This document shows, piece after piece, positions 47,912 to 58,637 of a stretch of 64,000 bases of DNA. The notes beneath the pieces were generated by a model. That model saw nothing but the letters and a program-made list of their open reading frames with translations. It was not told the origin of the DNA and searched no databases. The first letter of the stretch is position 1; the number at the start of each line of letters is the position of its first letter. The stretch comes from Candidatus Nomurabacteria bacterium. Its GTDB lineage: Bacteria > Patescibacteriota > Patescibacteriia > UBA1558 > GWA2-36-10. Where the stretch lies: positions 450,732-514,731 of the forward strand of contig JACKFO010000002.1 in NCBI GenBank assembly GCA_020632415.1, written 5' to 3'. The translations under genes and the position numbers were made by a program.

Positions 47912-48433
47912 ATGTATAAAAAGATACTTTTCATTACCCTTGCTTTAGTGATCATTTTTGCTGGCATCAGTGGAATTTTGGGTTATCTCTGGCAAAATGA
48001 AAATCGAATTACAGATAACGAAACTTTCAAACTACCACCTCGACCTGATTATCTAAATCAAAAAGGAGAAAATGAACTAAAAGTCCCCGCTCTTCCTCCG
48101 GTCCCAGAACAACAAATTATTAATAACTACAGTGGTCAAATCATTGAAATTGCCGCTAACAAACTCATTCTTTCCACAAACTACGGAAATAAAACCGTTA
48201 ACTTTGATGGTCAAACTATTTTTGAAAAATTATTTGCTCCCCGAGTCCCTCAGTTACCACCTTTGCCTGGACAAACAATAGTCGAGGAAAACTCCATTCC
48301 TAACCCAGAAAAAATTACTTTAAATGATTTGCAATCTGGACAAAAAATAGAAGTTTACTCTGAAGAAAATTTAAAAAACAAAGAAGAATTTGTTGCTGAC
48401 AAAATTAGTTTAGTCATTAAATTAAATAATTAA
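47912..48433 (+). CDS. Membrane-anchored Pro-rich protein with an internal duplicated about 35-aa segment (unknown)
   Basis: N-terminal TM helix, PPRP/PPVP/PPLP motifs, and repeats SGQIIEIAANKLIL... / SGQKIEVYSEENL.... Confidence 0.35.
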   Translation: MYKKILFITLALVIIFAGISGILGYLWQNENRITDNETFKLPPRPDYLNQKGENELKVPALPPVPEQQIINNYSGQIIEIAANKLILSTNYGNKTVNFDGQTIFEKLFAPRVPQLPPLPGQTIVEENSIPNPEKITLNDLQSGQKIEVYSEENLKNKEEFVADKISLVIKLNN

Positions 48434-48451
48434 TCCGCTAAAGATAAAAAT

Positions 48452-49006
48452 ATGAACTGGTACTACATTTTACTTATTGTTGTTGTCGTTATCATTGCTT
48501 GGCTAATTTCTGTTTATAACGGTTTGATCCGTTTAAAAAACAGGGTTTCCGAAGCTTGGTCCGACATCGATGTCCAACTAAAAAGACGTTATGACTTGAT
48601 TCCAAACTTAATGGAAACAGTCAAAGGCTACATGAAACATGAAGAAGGCGTTTTGACCAAAGTAACTCAAGCTCGTGCCAATGCTATGAACGCTACCGGT
48701 ACTGAAGCCAAGGCTAAAGCAGAAAATATGCTTTCTGAAACTTTAAAAAGTTTATTTGCTGTTGCTGAAAGCTATCCAGACTTAAAAGCCTCTCAAAACT
48801 TTTTACAATTACAAGACGAAATCTCTGACACTGAAAATAAAATTCAAGCCTCTCGCCGTTTCTACAACGGACAAGTTCGAGACTTTAATACCAAGACTCA
48901 AGTTTTCCCAAATAACATAATCGCTAACATGCTTGGCTTCAAAGACTTTGAATTCTTTGAAATTGGTGATGAAAAAGAAAGAGAAAACGTTCACGTCAAA
49001 TTTTAA
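48452..49006 (+). CDS. lemA: LemA family protein
   Basis: N-terminal TM helix then the LemA signature ([31 protein letters not shown]...). Confidence 0.8.
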   Translation: MNWYYILLIVVVVIIAWLISVYNGLIRLKNRVSEAWSDIDVQLKRRYDLIPNLMETVKGYMKHEEGVLTKVTQARANAMNATGTEAKAKAENMLSETLKSLFAVAESYPDLKASQNFLQLQDEISDTENKIQASRRFYNGQVRDFNTKTQVFPNNIIANMLGFKDFEFFEIGDEKERENVHVKF

Positions 49007-49017
49007 ATTAAGCCCTT

Positions 49018-49048
49018 AAAAAGCCTCGGGTTTTCCCGAGGCTTTTTT
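49018..49048 (+). terminator. Rho-independent terminator after lemA
   Basis: AAAGCCTCGGG-TTTTC-CCGAGGCTTTTTT. Confidence 0.7.
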
Positions 49049-49122
49049 ATTTACTATCTTCCTAATTAGATTGACACAAAGGCCTAATTATTGTTATATT
49101 AAACTGAAATTAAATAAAAAAC

Positions 49123-49998
49123 ATGTATAAACAAATTACTCAAAATAAAAGAAAAAGCTTTTTATTAATGCTTATTTTTATTGCTGTTATTGCTGCCCTA
49201 GCTTGGATTTGGGGTCAATACGCCGGCAATAATTCTATCGTAGTAATTGCTATTGTTTTCGCCTCTTTAATGAGCTTATTTAGCTTTTATGCTGGTGACA
49301 AAATAGCTCTAAGTCAATCTGGGGCCAAAGAAATTAAAAAAGAAGACAATCCTTATGTTTGGCGCTTAGTTGAAAACTTGAGCATTACCGCTGGATTGCC
49401 AATGCCCAAAGTTTATCTCATTCAAGATAAAAATATGAATGCCTTTGCTACTGGTCGTGATCCAGAACACGCTTCCGTTGCCTTAACCACTGGCATTATC
49501 GAAGGCTTAGAGAATGAAGAATTAGAAGGCGTGATTGCTCACGAATTATCTCACGTCAAAAATTATGATATTCGTTTAATGATGGTGGTGATTATTTGTA
49601 TCGGCGTTATTACTTTGCTCTCTGATTGGCTTTTGCGCAGTTTTATCTGGCGGGGATCTTCTCGTGATGAAAACAAAGGCGGCGGTATTGTCATTATCAT
49701 TGGTTTAATCTTGGCCGTTCTTTCCCCTCTTTTTGCAAAATTGATTCAGCTAGCCGTATCTCGCAAAAGAGAATTTTTAGCCGACGCTTCTGGCGCCTTG
49801 CTAACTCGCTATCCAGAAGGGCTAGCCAAAGCTTTGGAAAAAATATCTAATAACAATCAAGAAAATCCTCTTCGTCGTGGCAATAAAGCCACTGCTCATT
49901 TATATTTTTCAAATCCTTTTGGAAATAAAAATGTCAAAAAATTATTTTCCACTCACCCACCGGTTGAAGAAAGAATCGCTGCTTTAAGAACAATGTAA
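49123..49998 (+). CDS. htpX: HtpX-like M48 zinc metalloprotease
   Basis: HELSHV HExxH motif, four TM segments, and the conserved C-terminal E...AD region. The LemA-HtpX pairing is a common conserved gene pair. Confidence 0.8.
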   Translation: MYKQITQNKRKSFLLMLIFIAVIAALAWIWGQYAGNNSIVVIAIVFASLMSLFSFYAGDKIALSQSGAKEIKKEDNPYVWRLVENLSITAGLPMPKVYLIQDKNMNAFATGRDPEHASVALTTGIIEGLENEELEGVIAHELSHVKNYDIRLMMVVIICIGVITLLSDWLLRSFIWRGSSRDENKGGGIVIIIGLILAVLSPLFAKLIQLAVSRKREFLADASGALLTRYPEGLAKALEKISNNNQENPLRRGNKATAHLYFSNPFGNKNVKKLFSTHPPVEERIAALRTM

Positions 49999-50002
49999 AA
50001 TT

Positions 50003-52468
50003 ATGGAAGAACTAGACAATATTTTAAATAAATTCACTTATCATTTTAAAAAAGTTTTGATTAGCTCTCAAAATTTAGCTTTTGCTAAAAAACATTCTGA
50101 AATTGAAGCTTTAGATCTTTTGATTTCTTTGGTTAGTACTAAAGGCGCTTTGGGTTCAGAAATTTTAAATAAAAAAAATATTCAAAAAATTATTAATGCT
50201 GAAAATAATTTAACAACAAATATTTTAAATCAAGACCCAAGCCTACTTCCTCAACCATCAGCTGATGTTCAAAAAATTATCGAAAAAGCCGTGGTTGCTG
50301 CTTTCAAACATCAACATAAATACGTCGGAACCGAACATTTGCTTTGGGGTTTATCTGAAAGTGAAAATCCAAAAATCAAAGAAATTTGGCAAAAAATAGA
50401 CAGCTCTTCAAAAAACATTCAACAACATTTAGAATTAGTTCTGAAAGGTACTTCCAAATTTGGCGATCTAGCTGAAAATATTGAAAAAAAAAACGAATTA
50501 GAATCAATCTTGGAAAATGAAAATCTTAATAGCTTTCTAGAAAGTTTTGCTATTGATTTGACGAACCAAGAAATTCAAAATGATATTGACCCCGTAATCG
50601 GTCGACAAAATGAGATCGATCGTTTGATCCAAATCTTATCTCGTCGAACAAAAAATAACCCCGTGCTCTTAGGTGACGCCGGCGTTGGCAAAACAGCGAT
50701 CATTGAAGGTCTAGCCAAAAGAATCACTCTTGGTCAAGTACCAGATATTTTATTAAACAAAAAAATCTTAAGCTTAGACTTGTCTAGCATCATCGCTGGT
50801 ACAATGTATCGAGGAGAATTTGAATCTCGCTTAAAACAAATCATTGATGAAGCAAAAAAAGACAAAAATATTATTATCTTCATCGATGAGTTACACAACA
50901 TCATGGGCGCTGGCTCAACTGGCGGCTCACTAGACGCAGCCAATATCTTAAAACCAGCTCTTGCTCGCGGACAATTACGCTGTATCGGCGCAACTACTTT
51001 TGAAGAATACAAAAAATACATCGAAAGCGACAAAGCCTTAGAAAGACGTTTTCAGGCCATTGCTATTAATGAACCAAGTGAAATAGAAACTTACCAAATT
51101 TTACAAGGACTAAAAGAAAATTATGAAAAATTCCATAAAGTCCAAATTAGCGAAGAAGCTTTGCAGGCTGCGATTGAATTAAGTCAAAAATTTTTGCCAG
51201 ACAAAAAACTTCCAGACAAAGCAATTGACCTAATAGATGAAGCAGCTGCTAAATTTAAACTAAAAACTACCAAGAATTCTTTGATCAAAAAAATCAAAGA
51301 TCTAGAAAGCGAAATAAATCTCTGCCAAAAAAATAAGCAAGAAGCAATTTATGATGAAAATTATCTACAGGCGATTGATTACAAAAATAAAGAAGAAATT
51401 TTGATAGACAAGCTATTAAAACTCAAAGCCGTAAGCGACAAAAGTAAATATCTTTTGCAAGGCGAAATCAATGCTCAGGAAATCAAAGAAGTTGTTGCCA
51501 AAATTACCGGCATTCCTCTGTCGACAGTTTCAACTTCTGATAAAAATAAATTAATCCAACTGGAGAATAATTTGGGCAAGACTATTTTTGGGCAAGAAAA
51601 AGCAACTACTATTATTGCCAGCACTATCCGCAAATCAAAGGCTGGACTACACGACGAAAATAAACCACTCGCCTCTTTTATGTTCTTGGGACCTAGTGGT
51701 GTCGGTAAAACTGAAATGGCCAAACAACTTGCCAAAAATATTTTTGGCAGTAGCCATAATCTTTTACGGATCGATATGTCTGAGTTTGCCGAGAGCTTTA
51801 ATATTTCCAAGCTGATCGGCGCTCCTGCTGGCTATGTTGGCTACAAAGAAAGCAACAAGCTAAGTGATGTAGTTAAAAATCGTCCACATACTTTGATTTT
51901 ATTTGATGAAATTGAAAAAGCTCACAGTGACGTCTTCAATCTTTTGCTACCAATTTTAGAAGAAGGCGAATTGACCGATGCTACTGGCCGCGTTGTTAAT
52001 TTTCGTAACTGCATTATTGTCATGACTTCCAATGTCGGCTTAAACGAGTTTAATCAGCAAGCAGAAATGGGGTTTGAATCCTCTGGCTCAAAACAAGAAG
52101 AAGACTTTGTTAAAACCAGTCAAAAAATCTTGGAAACCTTACCTGACTATTTTCCACCAGAATTTTTGAATCGAATTGATAACATTGTCGTCTTTGAACC
52201 GATCGATAAACTAGCCGCTCAGAAAATTATCAAAAGAGAAATTGAATCATTGCGTCAAAAGTTACTAGTTCAAAATATCAATCTAGAGCTTGATCCAAAA
52301 ATTATCAAATATTTATTAAGCAAACAAAATTCTCTAGAAGATGGTGCACGAGCTTTGAAAAAACTAGTTGACACCGAAGTGACCAATAATATCGCCTCGG
52401 CAATTCTCAAAGCCTCTCGTCGAAAATTAAGCGTCACGCTCAATCGAGATAAAATTGTCATCAAATAA
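50003..52468 (+). CDS. ClpC/ClpB-family class I AAA+ chaperone (two NBDs)
   Basis: Clp_N repeats ([10 protein letters not shown]), NBD1 Walker [11 protein letters not shown] and Walker [12 protein letters not shown]2 Walker [13 protein letters not shown] and [11 protein letters not shown], and a short middle domain (ClpC-like length, 821 aa). Confidence 0.8.
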   Translation: MEELDNILNKFTYHFKKVLISSQNLAFAKKHSEIEALDLLISLVSTKGALGSEILNKKNIQKIINAENNLTTNILNQDPSLLPQPSADVQKIIEKAVVAAFKHQHKYVGTEHLLWGLSESENPKIKEIWQKIDSSSKNIQQHLELVLKGTSKFGDLAENIEKKNELESILENENLNSFLESFAIDLTNQEIQNDIDPVIGRQNEIDRLIQILSRRTKNNPVLLGDAGVGKTAIIEGLAKRITLGQVPDILLNKKILSLDLSSIIAGTMYRGEFESRLKQIIDEAKKDKNIIIFIDELHNIMGAGSTGGSLDAANILKPALARGQLRCIGATTFEEYKKYIESDKALERRFQAIAINEPSEIETYQILQGLKENYEKFHKVQISEEALQAAIELSQKFLPDKKLPDKAIDLIDEAAAKFKLKTTKNSLIKKIKDLESEINLCQKNKQEAIYDENYLQAIDYKNKEEILIDKLLKLKAVSDKSKYLLQGEINAQEIKEVVAKITGIPLSTVSTSDKNKLIQLENNLGKTIFGQEKATTIIASTIRKSKAGLHDENKPLASFMFLGPSGVGKTEMAKQLAKNIFGSSHNLLRIDMSEFAESFNISKLIGAPAGYVGYKESNKLSDVVKNRPHTLILFDEIEKAHSDVFNLLLPILEEGELTDATGRVVNFRNCIIVMTSNVGLNEFNQQAEMGFESSGSKQEEDFVKTSQKILETLPDYFPPEFLNRIDNIVVFEPIDKLAAQKIIKREIESLRQKLLVQNINLELDPKIIKYLLSKQNSLEDGARALKKLVDTEVTNNIASAILKASRRKLSVTLNRDKIVIK

Positions 52469-52504
52469 ACTCTCAACAAGCAAAGCTTATGAAGAAAGCG
52501 ATTT

Positions 52505-53152
52505 ATGAAGATTTTAAAAAACATCCTAGATTATATCTGGCCACAATTTTGCCTACTTTGTAAAAAAGAAGGCTTTTTGTGTTGCCCTGATTGTCAAAAT
52601 AGTTTAAAATTTTTGCCTTTAGATTATCAGGCTTGGCCAGAAGAAGACTTTACTTTTGAGCATTGTTATGTTTGTTTAGATTATCATCAAGAATTAACAC
52701 AAAAATTAATCAAAACTTTTAAGTACCAATACCTCCAAAATATCTCCGAAATTTTAATCAAGATTTTAGCTCAGCAAATCAGTCGAATCCAGTTACCGAA
52801 AAATACCCTGATCACCAATGTCCCTTTGCATAAAAAGAAAAAGCGCCAACGTGGTTTTGATCAAACAGAAATTTTGGCTCAAGGTCTAGCTAAAAAAATA
52901 AATCTCCCCTATTTAAAATTATTAAAACGACAAAAATTTACTAGCCCCCAAGCGCAGTTATCTAAAACAGAAAGACAAAAAAACGTCAGTGACGCTTTTG
53001 TGATCAATAAAAATCTAAATTTTGAGACCAATAGCACTATAATATTAATCGATGATGTAGCCACAACCGGCGCTACTTTAAACCAAGCAGCGAAAGTGTT
53101 GAAAGATAATGGTTTTCAGAAAATTATTGCCCTGACTTTGGCAAAAAATTAA
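52505..53152 (+). CDS. comFC: ComF family protein (ComFC-like phosphoribosyltransferase-domain competence protein)
   Basis: N-terminal Cys4 zinc finger (CLLCKKEGFLCCPDCQ) and a C-terminal PRTase motif ILIDDVATTGATL. Confidence 0.8.
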   Translation: MKILKNILDYIWPQFCLLCKKEGFLCCPDCQNSLKFLPLDYQAWPEEDFTFEHCYVCLDYHQELTQKLIKTFKYQYLQNISEILIKILAQQISRIQLPKNTLITNVPLHKKKKRQRGFDQTEILAQGLAKKINLPYLKLLKRQKFTSPQAQLSKTERQKNVSDAFVINKNLNFETNSTIILIDDVATTGATLNQAAKVLKDNGFQKIIALTLAKN

Positions 53153-53177
53153 AAACACGACTAAATGTCGTGAATTC

Positions 53178-53269
<92 letters not shown>

Positions 53270-53283
53270 AAATATAAATTTTA

Positions 53284-53359
53284 TGGTGTCCCCGGCAGGA
53301 GTCGAACCTGCGACCTTTTGGACCGCAACCAAACGCTCTATCCACTGAGCTACGAGGAC
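53284..53359 (-). tRNA. tRNA-Arg; anticodon reads GCG by manual folding (needs tRNAscan confirmation)
   Basis: The reverse complement reads GTCCTCGTAGCTCAGTGGATAGAGCGTTTGGTTGCGGTCCAAAAGGTCGCAGGTTCGACTCCTGCCGGGGACACCA. Anticodon stem is TTTGG/CCAAA with loop UUGCGGU. Confidence 0.75.
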
Positions 53360-53368
53360 CTATTTATC

Positions 53369-53458
53369 TGGCGGAGAGTGAGGGATTCGAACCCCCGGTC
53401 CCTTGCAGGACAACAGTTTTCAAGACTGTCGCATTCGACCACTCTGCCAACTCTCCGC
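53369..53458 (-). tRNA. tRNA-Ser (anticodon UGA), long variable arm
   Basis: The reverse complement reads GCGGAGAGTTGGCAGAGTGGTCGAATGCGACAGTCTTGAAAACTGTTGTCCTGCAAGGGACCGGGGGTTCGAATCCCTCACTCTCCGCCA. Anticodon loop is CUUGAAA. Confidence 0.85.
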
Positions 53459-53474
53459 ATCGATAACAGGCTCT

Positions 53475-53503
53475 ATAATAGTATAATTTTCACTTTTTGA
53501 CAA
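53475..53503 (-). promoter_or_regulatory. Candidate sigma70-type promoter for the tRNA cluster
   Basis: On the minus strand: TTGTCA, a 17-nt spacer, then TATTAT, ending about 16 nt upstream of the first tRNA 5' end. Confidence 0.35.
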
Positions 53504-53590
53504 GGCTTGCTTGAAAATAATCGACTTTCTGCCAATATGTTCCTTTTTTTGGAAAAACATTGTATAATAAAGACATAAGCTGAAAAAAAT

Positions 53591-54127
53591 ATGGATAAAT
53601 CAAAAGAAAAATACGAGGATCAAGAATTAGAAAATTTACCAGAAGAAGGTTCTGATTTTGGTGAAATTTTAGCAACTTGGCAAATTCCTGAATTTAGCAA
53701 AACAGAAAAATCAAAAAAATGGTACATCTACTTCATTTTAATCTTGATCGCTTTATTGGTTTACTCTTATTTTGATAAAAATCCTCTTTTTGCTATTATC
53801 TTAGTCTTTTTTAGTTTGATCTATTGGCTAAATGAAAAAAGAGATCCTGAAAAACTTGACTTCGCAATCACCGAAGACGGTCTAATTATCGGAAAAAAAT
53901 TCATTGAATACAAAAATTTTAAAGATTTTTATCTGATCTATCAACCACCAAAAATCAAAAATCTTTATTTCCAACCACGCAATACTTTCAAACCACTGGT
54001 CACTATCCCCTTACTTGATCAAAATCCTGTAGAAATCCGTAAAATATTATTAGAATTTATGACTGAAGATTTAGAAAAAGAAGAAATTCCAGGTTTAGAA
54101 AGTATCGGCGAAATATTTAAATTATAG
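53591..54127 (+). CDS. Two-TM membrane protein of unknown function (acidic N-terminus)
   Basis: An extended -10 (TGTATAAT) lies about 25 nt upstream. Two hydrophobic helices at residues about 45-90. Confidence 0.4.
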   Translation: MDKSKEKYEDQELENLPEEGSDFGEILATWQIPEFSKTEKSKKWYIYFILILIALLVYSYFDKNPLFAIILVFFSLIYWLNEKRDPEKLDFAITEDGLIIGKKFIEYKNFKDFYLIYQPPKIKNLYFQPRNTFKPLVTIPLLDQNPVEIRKILLEFMTEDLEKEEIPGLESIGEIFKL

Positions 54128-54209
54128 ACTAAAGTTTTACAAAATATTCCAGAAAAACTGAACATTGCTTGTTCAGTTTTCTTATGCTAATTTTAAGGAA
54201 AACAAAGCC

Positions 54210-56306
54210 ATGTTGAAATTAGAAGACGAAGTCTCTATCTTGCATAAAATAGCCAAAGAAAAGAAAAAGGATTTGGCAAAAATGGACATCAAAACAATTG
54301 GTGATTTATTGTGGCACTTTCCTTTCCGCTACGATGATTTAAGTGAAGTCAAAAAAATCTCCGAGCTAGAAGCCGGCGTTTTAGCGACAGTCAAAGTGAC
54401 AGTGACCAAAATCAGAGTTTTGCGTTCTTGGAAGAAGAAAATGATGATTACCGAAATTAATGCCACAGACAACGAAGGAGAATTGCAGGCAATCTGGTTT
54501 CGTCAAAAATACGTCAGTCAGATCTTGAAAGTTGGCGATCAAATTTATCTCAATGGCAAGCCAGAAATAAAAAATAATACTTGGCTATTTAGTAGTCCAA
54601 ATTACGAAAAGGTAAAAGCCGTCAACATTCACAGCGCTCGTTTGGTGCCGATTTATCACACTAGCGGAAAATTGAGTCAAAAACAATTGAGATTTTTGAT
54701 TAATTTAGCTTTAAAACAAACCGGTGAAATTGACGATCCTCTGCCGGTCGATCTCTTAAATAAGGAAGACTATCCTTGGCTTTATCAAGCTTTGCAAAGC
54801 ATTCACTTTCCAGAAGACCAAAATGATTTCGCAATCGCTACTCAACGTCTAAAATTTCAAGAATTATTTTATTTGCAATGTAAGTATCAATTAGCCAAAA
54901 AATCATATGTGCAATATGATACTTGGCCAATGAATATTCAAGAAAAGACTTTGCAGCAGATTATGAAATCTTTACCCTTCAAACTCAGCAATGACCAAAT
55001 AAAAGTCTTGAAAGAAATTTTATTGGATCTAGAACGTGAACAGCCAATGAATCGTCTTGTTGAAGGAGATGTCGGTTCTGGTAAAACTATCGTCGCTATT
55101 TTAGCAGCTTTAAACACTATTTCCCAAAAAGAAAAACTCCAAGTTGCCTTCATGGCCCCTACCGAAATTTTAGCTTGGCAACATTTTGAAAATATTAAAA
55201 AATTACTCCCCGAAAAATATTTAGAAAAAATCGCCTTTTTAAGTAAAGACCGACAATATTTTGGCCATGACTTGATCACCAAACAAGAAGCTTTGGCAAA
55301 TATCAAATCTGCTAAGGCACAGATTGTCATCGGCACACATAGTTTGATTCAAGAAAAAATAAATTTTAAAAAATTAGCTTTGGTAATTATCGACGAACAA
55401 CACCGCTTTGGCGTCAAACAACGCCAAGCTTTAAAACAATCATCCACAGGCAGATCCGCCTCTGGCGGAAAAAATACTAGCCGGGTTCCACATCTTTTAT
55501 CTTTGACTGCTACGCCGATTCCTCGTACTTTAGCGCTAACTTTATATGGCGATTTAGACATTTCCTTGATTCAAGAAAAACCTCAAGGAAGAAAAGATGT
55601 AAAAACTTTGCTGGTTCCTGAAAGAAAACGTTTGGCTGCTTACAAATTTATTCAAGAAAAAATTGATCAAAAACAACAAGTTTTTATTATCTGTCCTTTG
55701 ATCGATGAAAGCGATAAACTTGGCTATAAGTCTGTTCAAGCTGAACACAAAAAACTAAACGAAAAAATTTTTCCTGACTTAGAGATCGGCTTATTACATG
55801 GCAAGCTAAAATCTGCTGAAAAAGAAGATCTAATGAAGCGCTTTAAAAATAACCAATTTCCAATCTTGGTTGCAACTTCAGTGATTGAAGTTGGCGTTGA
55901 TATTCCTAATGCCACGATTATGATGATCGAAAGCGCTGAACGTTTTGGTCTTTCTCAGTTACATCAATTTCGTGGTCGAGTTGGCCGAAACTCTTTGGCT
56001 AGCTGGTGCTTATTGTTTACTACTGATGACAGTCACTTAAACAAAGAAAGGCTCAAAGCTTTGGAGAAAACTAACAATGGCTTTGAGCTAGCTGAACTCG
56101 ATCTCCAATTACGCGGTAGTGGAGAAATTTTTGGCACTAAACAAACTGGCTTGTTAAAGCTAAAAATTGCTAATCTCCATGACACTAAGCTAATCAAAAA
56201 GGCCCAAGATTGGGCCAAAAAGATTGTTTATCAAGAAAAATATTTATCTAACCACCAACTCCAAAAACTACTCCTAGACTTAAAAACGGAAATGCATTTG
56301 GAATAA
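54210..56306 (+). CDS. recG: ATP-dependent DNA helicase RecG (start placed at MLKLEDE with AAGGA upstream)
   Basis: N-terminal wedge/OB region. Helicase motifs GDVGSGKTIVA, IIDEQHRFGV, LSLTATPIPRTL, QFRGRVGR. About 700 aa. Confidence 0.85.
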   Translation: MLKLEDEVSILHKIAKEKKKDLAKMDIKTIGDLLWHFPFRYDDLSEVKKISELEAGVLATVKVTVTKIRVLRSWKKKMMITEINATDNEGELQAIWFRQKYVSQILKVGDQIYLNGKPEIKNNTWLFSSPNYEKVKAVNIHSARLVPIYHTSGKLSQKQLRFLINLALKQTGEIDDPLPVDLLNKEDYPWLYQALQSIHFPEDQNDFAIATQRLKFQELFYLQCKYQLAKKSYVQYDTWPMNIQEKTLQQIMKSLPFKLSNDQIKVLKEILLDLEREQPMNRLVEGDVGSGKTIVAILAALNTISQKEKLQVAFMAPTEILAWQHFENIKKLLPEKYLEKIAFLSKDRQYFGHDLITKQEALANIKSAKAQIVIGTHSLIQEKINFKKLALVIIDEQHRFGVKQRQALKQSSTGRSASGGKNTSRVPHLLSLTATPIPRTLALTLYGDLDISLIQEKPQGRKDVKTLLVPERKRLAAYKFIQEKIDQKQQVFIICPLIDESDKLGYKSVQAEHKKLNEKIFPDLEIGLLHGKLKSAEKEDLMKRFKNNQFPILVATSVIEVGVDIPNATIMMIESAERFGLSQLHQFRGRVGRNSLASWCLLFTTDDSHLNKERLKALEKTNNGFELAELDLQLRGSGEIFGTKQTGLLKLKIANLHDTKLIKKAQDWAKKIVYQEKYLSNHQLQKLLLDLKTEMHLE

Positions 56307-56307
56307 A

Positions 56308-57327
56308 CTAATTATAACATCGATGACCATCATTTTCACTCACCCAGGTTTTTAGCTCGCACTCATCGACACCATAATCTTCATTATCGCAACAATACTC
56401 TGATACGCCATCACCATTTGTATCCAACAAACATTCGCTGTTACTGCTACAATTTTTACCCTCTAAATCTGAATTTGCTGCTGGCAAACAAACATTTGCT
56501 CGCGACAAACCACATATGCTACTAAAGGTTTCTCCATTGGCCATTACTCGATTATAACAACTATTAAGTGCGCAGGCTTCCTGATCTTGAAACCGATTAT
56601 ATTCAGAGCAATTATCCAGTGTCAACTCTTGACAAGGAATCTGTCTCGCACAACTACAAGTAACATTTTCGTTGATATCAATAGCGCTCGGGCACTCTCC
56701 TATTCTATTAGATCTTTCATCATACTCCCAACATTTTGATCCAGAGGGACAACTATTATCCACACATTGCACAAAGCCAACACTAGTACTAGTTGCGTAG
56801 ACAGAGCCACAACTGTCTACAGAGCCAAATTCATTATTATTCAATGCTGCGATACACATATCCTTAGCCATGTACTTTGTCCCAATTTCTGAAATATTTA
56901 ATTTTTCAAAATTAACTAAATTACTAGAAATGCTGTTCAAAAGCAAATAACCACCAAATAGCAAAGCTAAACCAATCAAAGCTCCTCTAATCGTATCTTT
57001 AGCATTATCGATTTTTCCAGCATTACCAGAAGCAATAATCCATTGCCAAGAAGCAAAAACGATCATAAACATTGCTACGGCTCCAGCAGCTGAAGCGCCA
57101 TAGTTATATAAAGCATTAACGTAATTTCCGACTGAGTAACCATTTATTTCATAACTAACAATTTCTTTGCCAGAAGCATCTAAAACTGTTGGTGTACATT
57201 TTTTAAAAAAAGCGCTCATTCCCGGGATCTCAATGCTCGGTTTAAAACAAATCGCCGCTGAAGCTGTCGAAACAAAACCAGTAAATAAGAAAGTGGCAAA
57301 GATAATGATAAAAATTTTCTTTTTCAT
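56308..57327 (-). CDS. Secreted protein with a pilin-like (VirB2/TrbC-like) two-helix topology fused to a C-terminal Cys-rich domain
   Basis: Signal peptide (MKKKIFIIIFATFLFTGFVSTASA). Two hydrophobic helices are separated by a short polar loop (AGAVAMFMIVFASWQWIIASGNAGKIDNAKDTIRGALIGLALLFGGYLLL), then a roughly 190-aa domain with about 28 Cys. It is the last gene of the T4SS-like cluster. Confidence 0.35.
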   Translation of the reverse strand: MKKKIFIIIFATFLFTGFVSTASAAICFKPSIEIPGMSAFFKKCTPTVLDASGKEIVSYEINGYSVGNYVNALYNYGASAAGAVAMFMIVFASWQWIIASGNAGKIDNAKDTIRGALIGLALLFGGYLLLNSISSNLVNFEKLNISEIGTKYMAKDMCIAALNNNEFGSVDSCGSVYATSTSVGFVQCVDNSCPSGSKCWEYDERSNRIGECPSAIDINENVTCSCARQIPCQELTLDNCSEYNRFQDQEACALNSCYNRVMANGETFSSICGLSRANVCLPAANSDLEGKNCSSNSECLLDTNGDGVSEYCCDNEDYGVDECELKTWVSENDGHRCYN

Positions 57328-57383
57328 AACCCTATTGGAAATTTAATTAATATATTTTTTATTTACCAAAAATTTAAATTAGT

Positions 57384-58610
57384 TTATTTTAAACGAATAC
57401 TTTGTAAACTGCCGGTGTTTTGATCTGTGAAATATAAAACCGAGCCATCGGCAGAAACCTGTAAATTATAAGCTGCATAGCCTCCACTTTCTCCAACCGG
57501 ACTTGCTAACAATGTTTTGGTCCCAGTGTTTAAATCAATGTAATAAAAATTATCGGTGTAGGTATCGGCAATTTCCGGATAAAGACCAACTCCCCTTGGT
57601 AATCCCTGAGGCACTGCGCAATATAGACTATTTTCTCCACCAAAAGAGCATTTGTCAGGCCAAGTAGCTAAATTCAAGGATACTTTCAAATCTCCTAAAG
57701 CGCTGGTTTTACCACCAGTAACCCACAAATTTGGCAAATAATCTGTAGTCTCGCTATAAACACTATAAAGTAAACTATTTCCTTCTGGAGACCAAGTACT
57801 TTCAAAACCGCTACCTTGAACCACAAAAGACCTTAAATTTTCTCCGTGTAAGCCAATTGGAAAAACTTCTTGTCTTTGTAAATCATAACTTTTACGATAT
57901 AAAGCTGCTACTTGTCCGTCTGGCGAAAAACCCACTTGGACATCAGCCACTTGATCGCCCAAAGGCTCTACTAGGCTCAATCCTGAACCATCGTCATTAG
58001 CAACAACTAGCCAATTATCCTCTGCTTGCGAACCGATCCAAGCGGCGGTAATTTCCTGTCCTGATGGAGAAAAACTAAATTTTTCTAGCTCAGCTGGCAA
58101 AGTCACTTGCTTGCCAGTTCTAAAATTATACAAAACATTCATGCCGTCAGGATATTCCAAAATCGCCTTGTCGTCATTTGGAGCCCACAAAACATTTTTG
58201 ACTTGAAAAAACTTTTTATCAGTAATCAGCTCTGGCTCACCTTGAGCGTTAACTCGAAAAAACTGCTGTTTAGTTTCGTCGTAATATTTAAGTCCCTTGT
58301 CAGTCAAGTCTAAACCACCGACACTTCCTGTGCTTAATTTAGTTACTTTGGTCAAACCACCATTGGCAACATCGGAAATTTTATCAGTAAAAATATCTTG
58401 CCAACCTAATCCTTGATTAGAGTTAGTGTTTTGATTAACGATATTTGGACCCTGTTGATTAGTACCTGGTATTACTCCTCCGTTATAGTTGGTATTGTCA
58501 TTCACTAATCCTGGATCATTTGTTTTGAAAAAAACAAAATACAAAGCAAAGCCCAAGAGCAAAACTAAGATCAAAAAACTAATGACTAATAATATTTTTT
58601 TAAAATTCAT
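57384..58610 (-). CDS. Membrane-anchored beta-propeller protein (TolB/PD40-like repeats)
   Basis: N-terminal TM helix and repeated SPDG/SPSG/SPEG blade motifs (FSPSGQEITAAW, GFSPDGQVAALY, WSPEGNSLLY, VSADGSVLYF). Confidence 0.5.
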   Translation of the reverse strand: MNFKKILLVISFLILVLLLGFALYFVFFKTNDPGLVNDNTNYNGGVIPGTNQQGPNIVNQNTNSNQGLGWQDIFTDKISDVANGGLTKVTKLSTGSVGGLDLTDKGLKYYDETKQQFFRVNAQGEPELITDKKFFQVKNVLWAPNDDKAILEYPDGMNVLYNFRTGKQVTLPAELEKFSFSPSGQEITAAWIGSQAEDNWLVVANDDGSGLSLVEPLGDQVADVQVGFSPDGQVAALYRKSYDLQRQEVFPIGLHGENLRSFVVQGSGFESTWSPEGNSLLYSVYSETTDYLPNLWVTGGKTSALGDLKVSLNLATWPDKCSFGGENSLYCAVPQGLPRGVGLYPEIADTYTDNFYYIDLNTGTKTLLASPVGESGGYAAYNLQVSADGSVLYFTDQNTGSLQSIRLK

Positions 58611-58637
58611 TCCGTTAAAAATTACACATAAAAATAT

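Noticed and set aside
53318-53675. ORFs 53318-53500 (+) and 53490-53675 (-)
   Set aside because: They are the translation of the tRNA-Arg/tRNA-Ser genes and their promoter region. They are not protein-coding.
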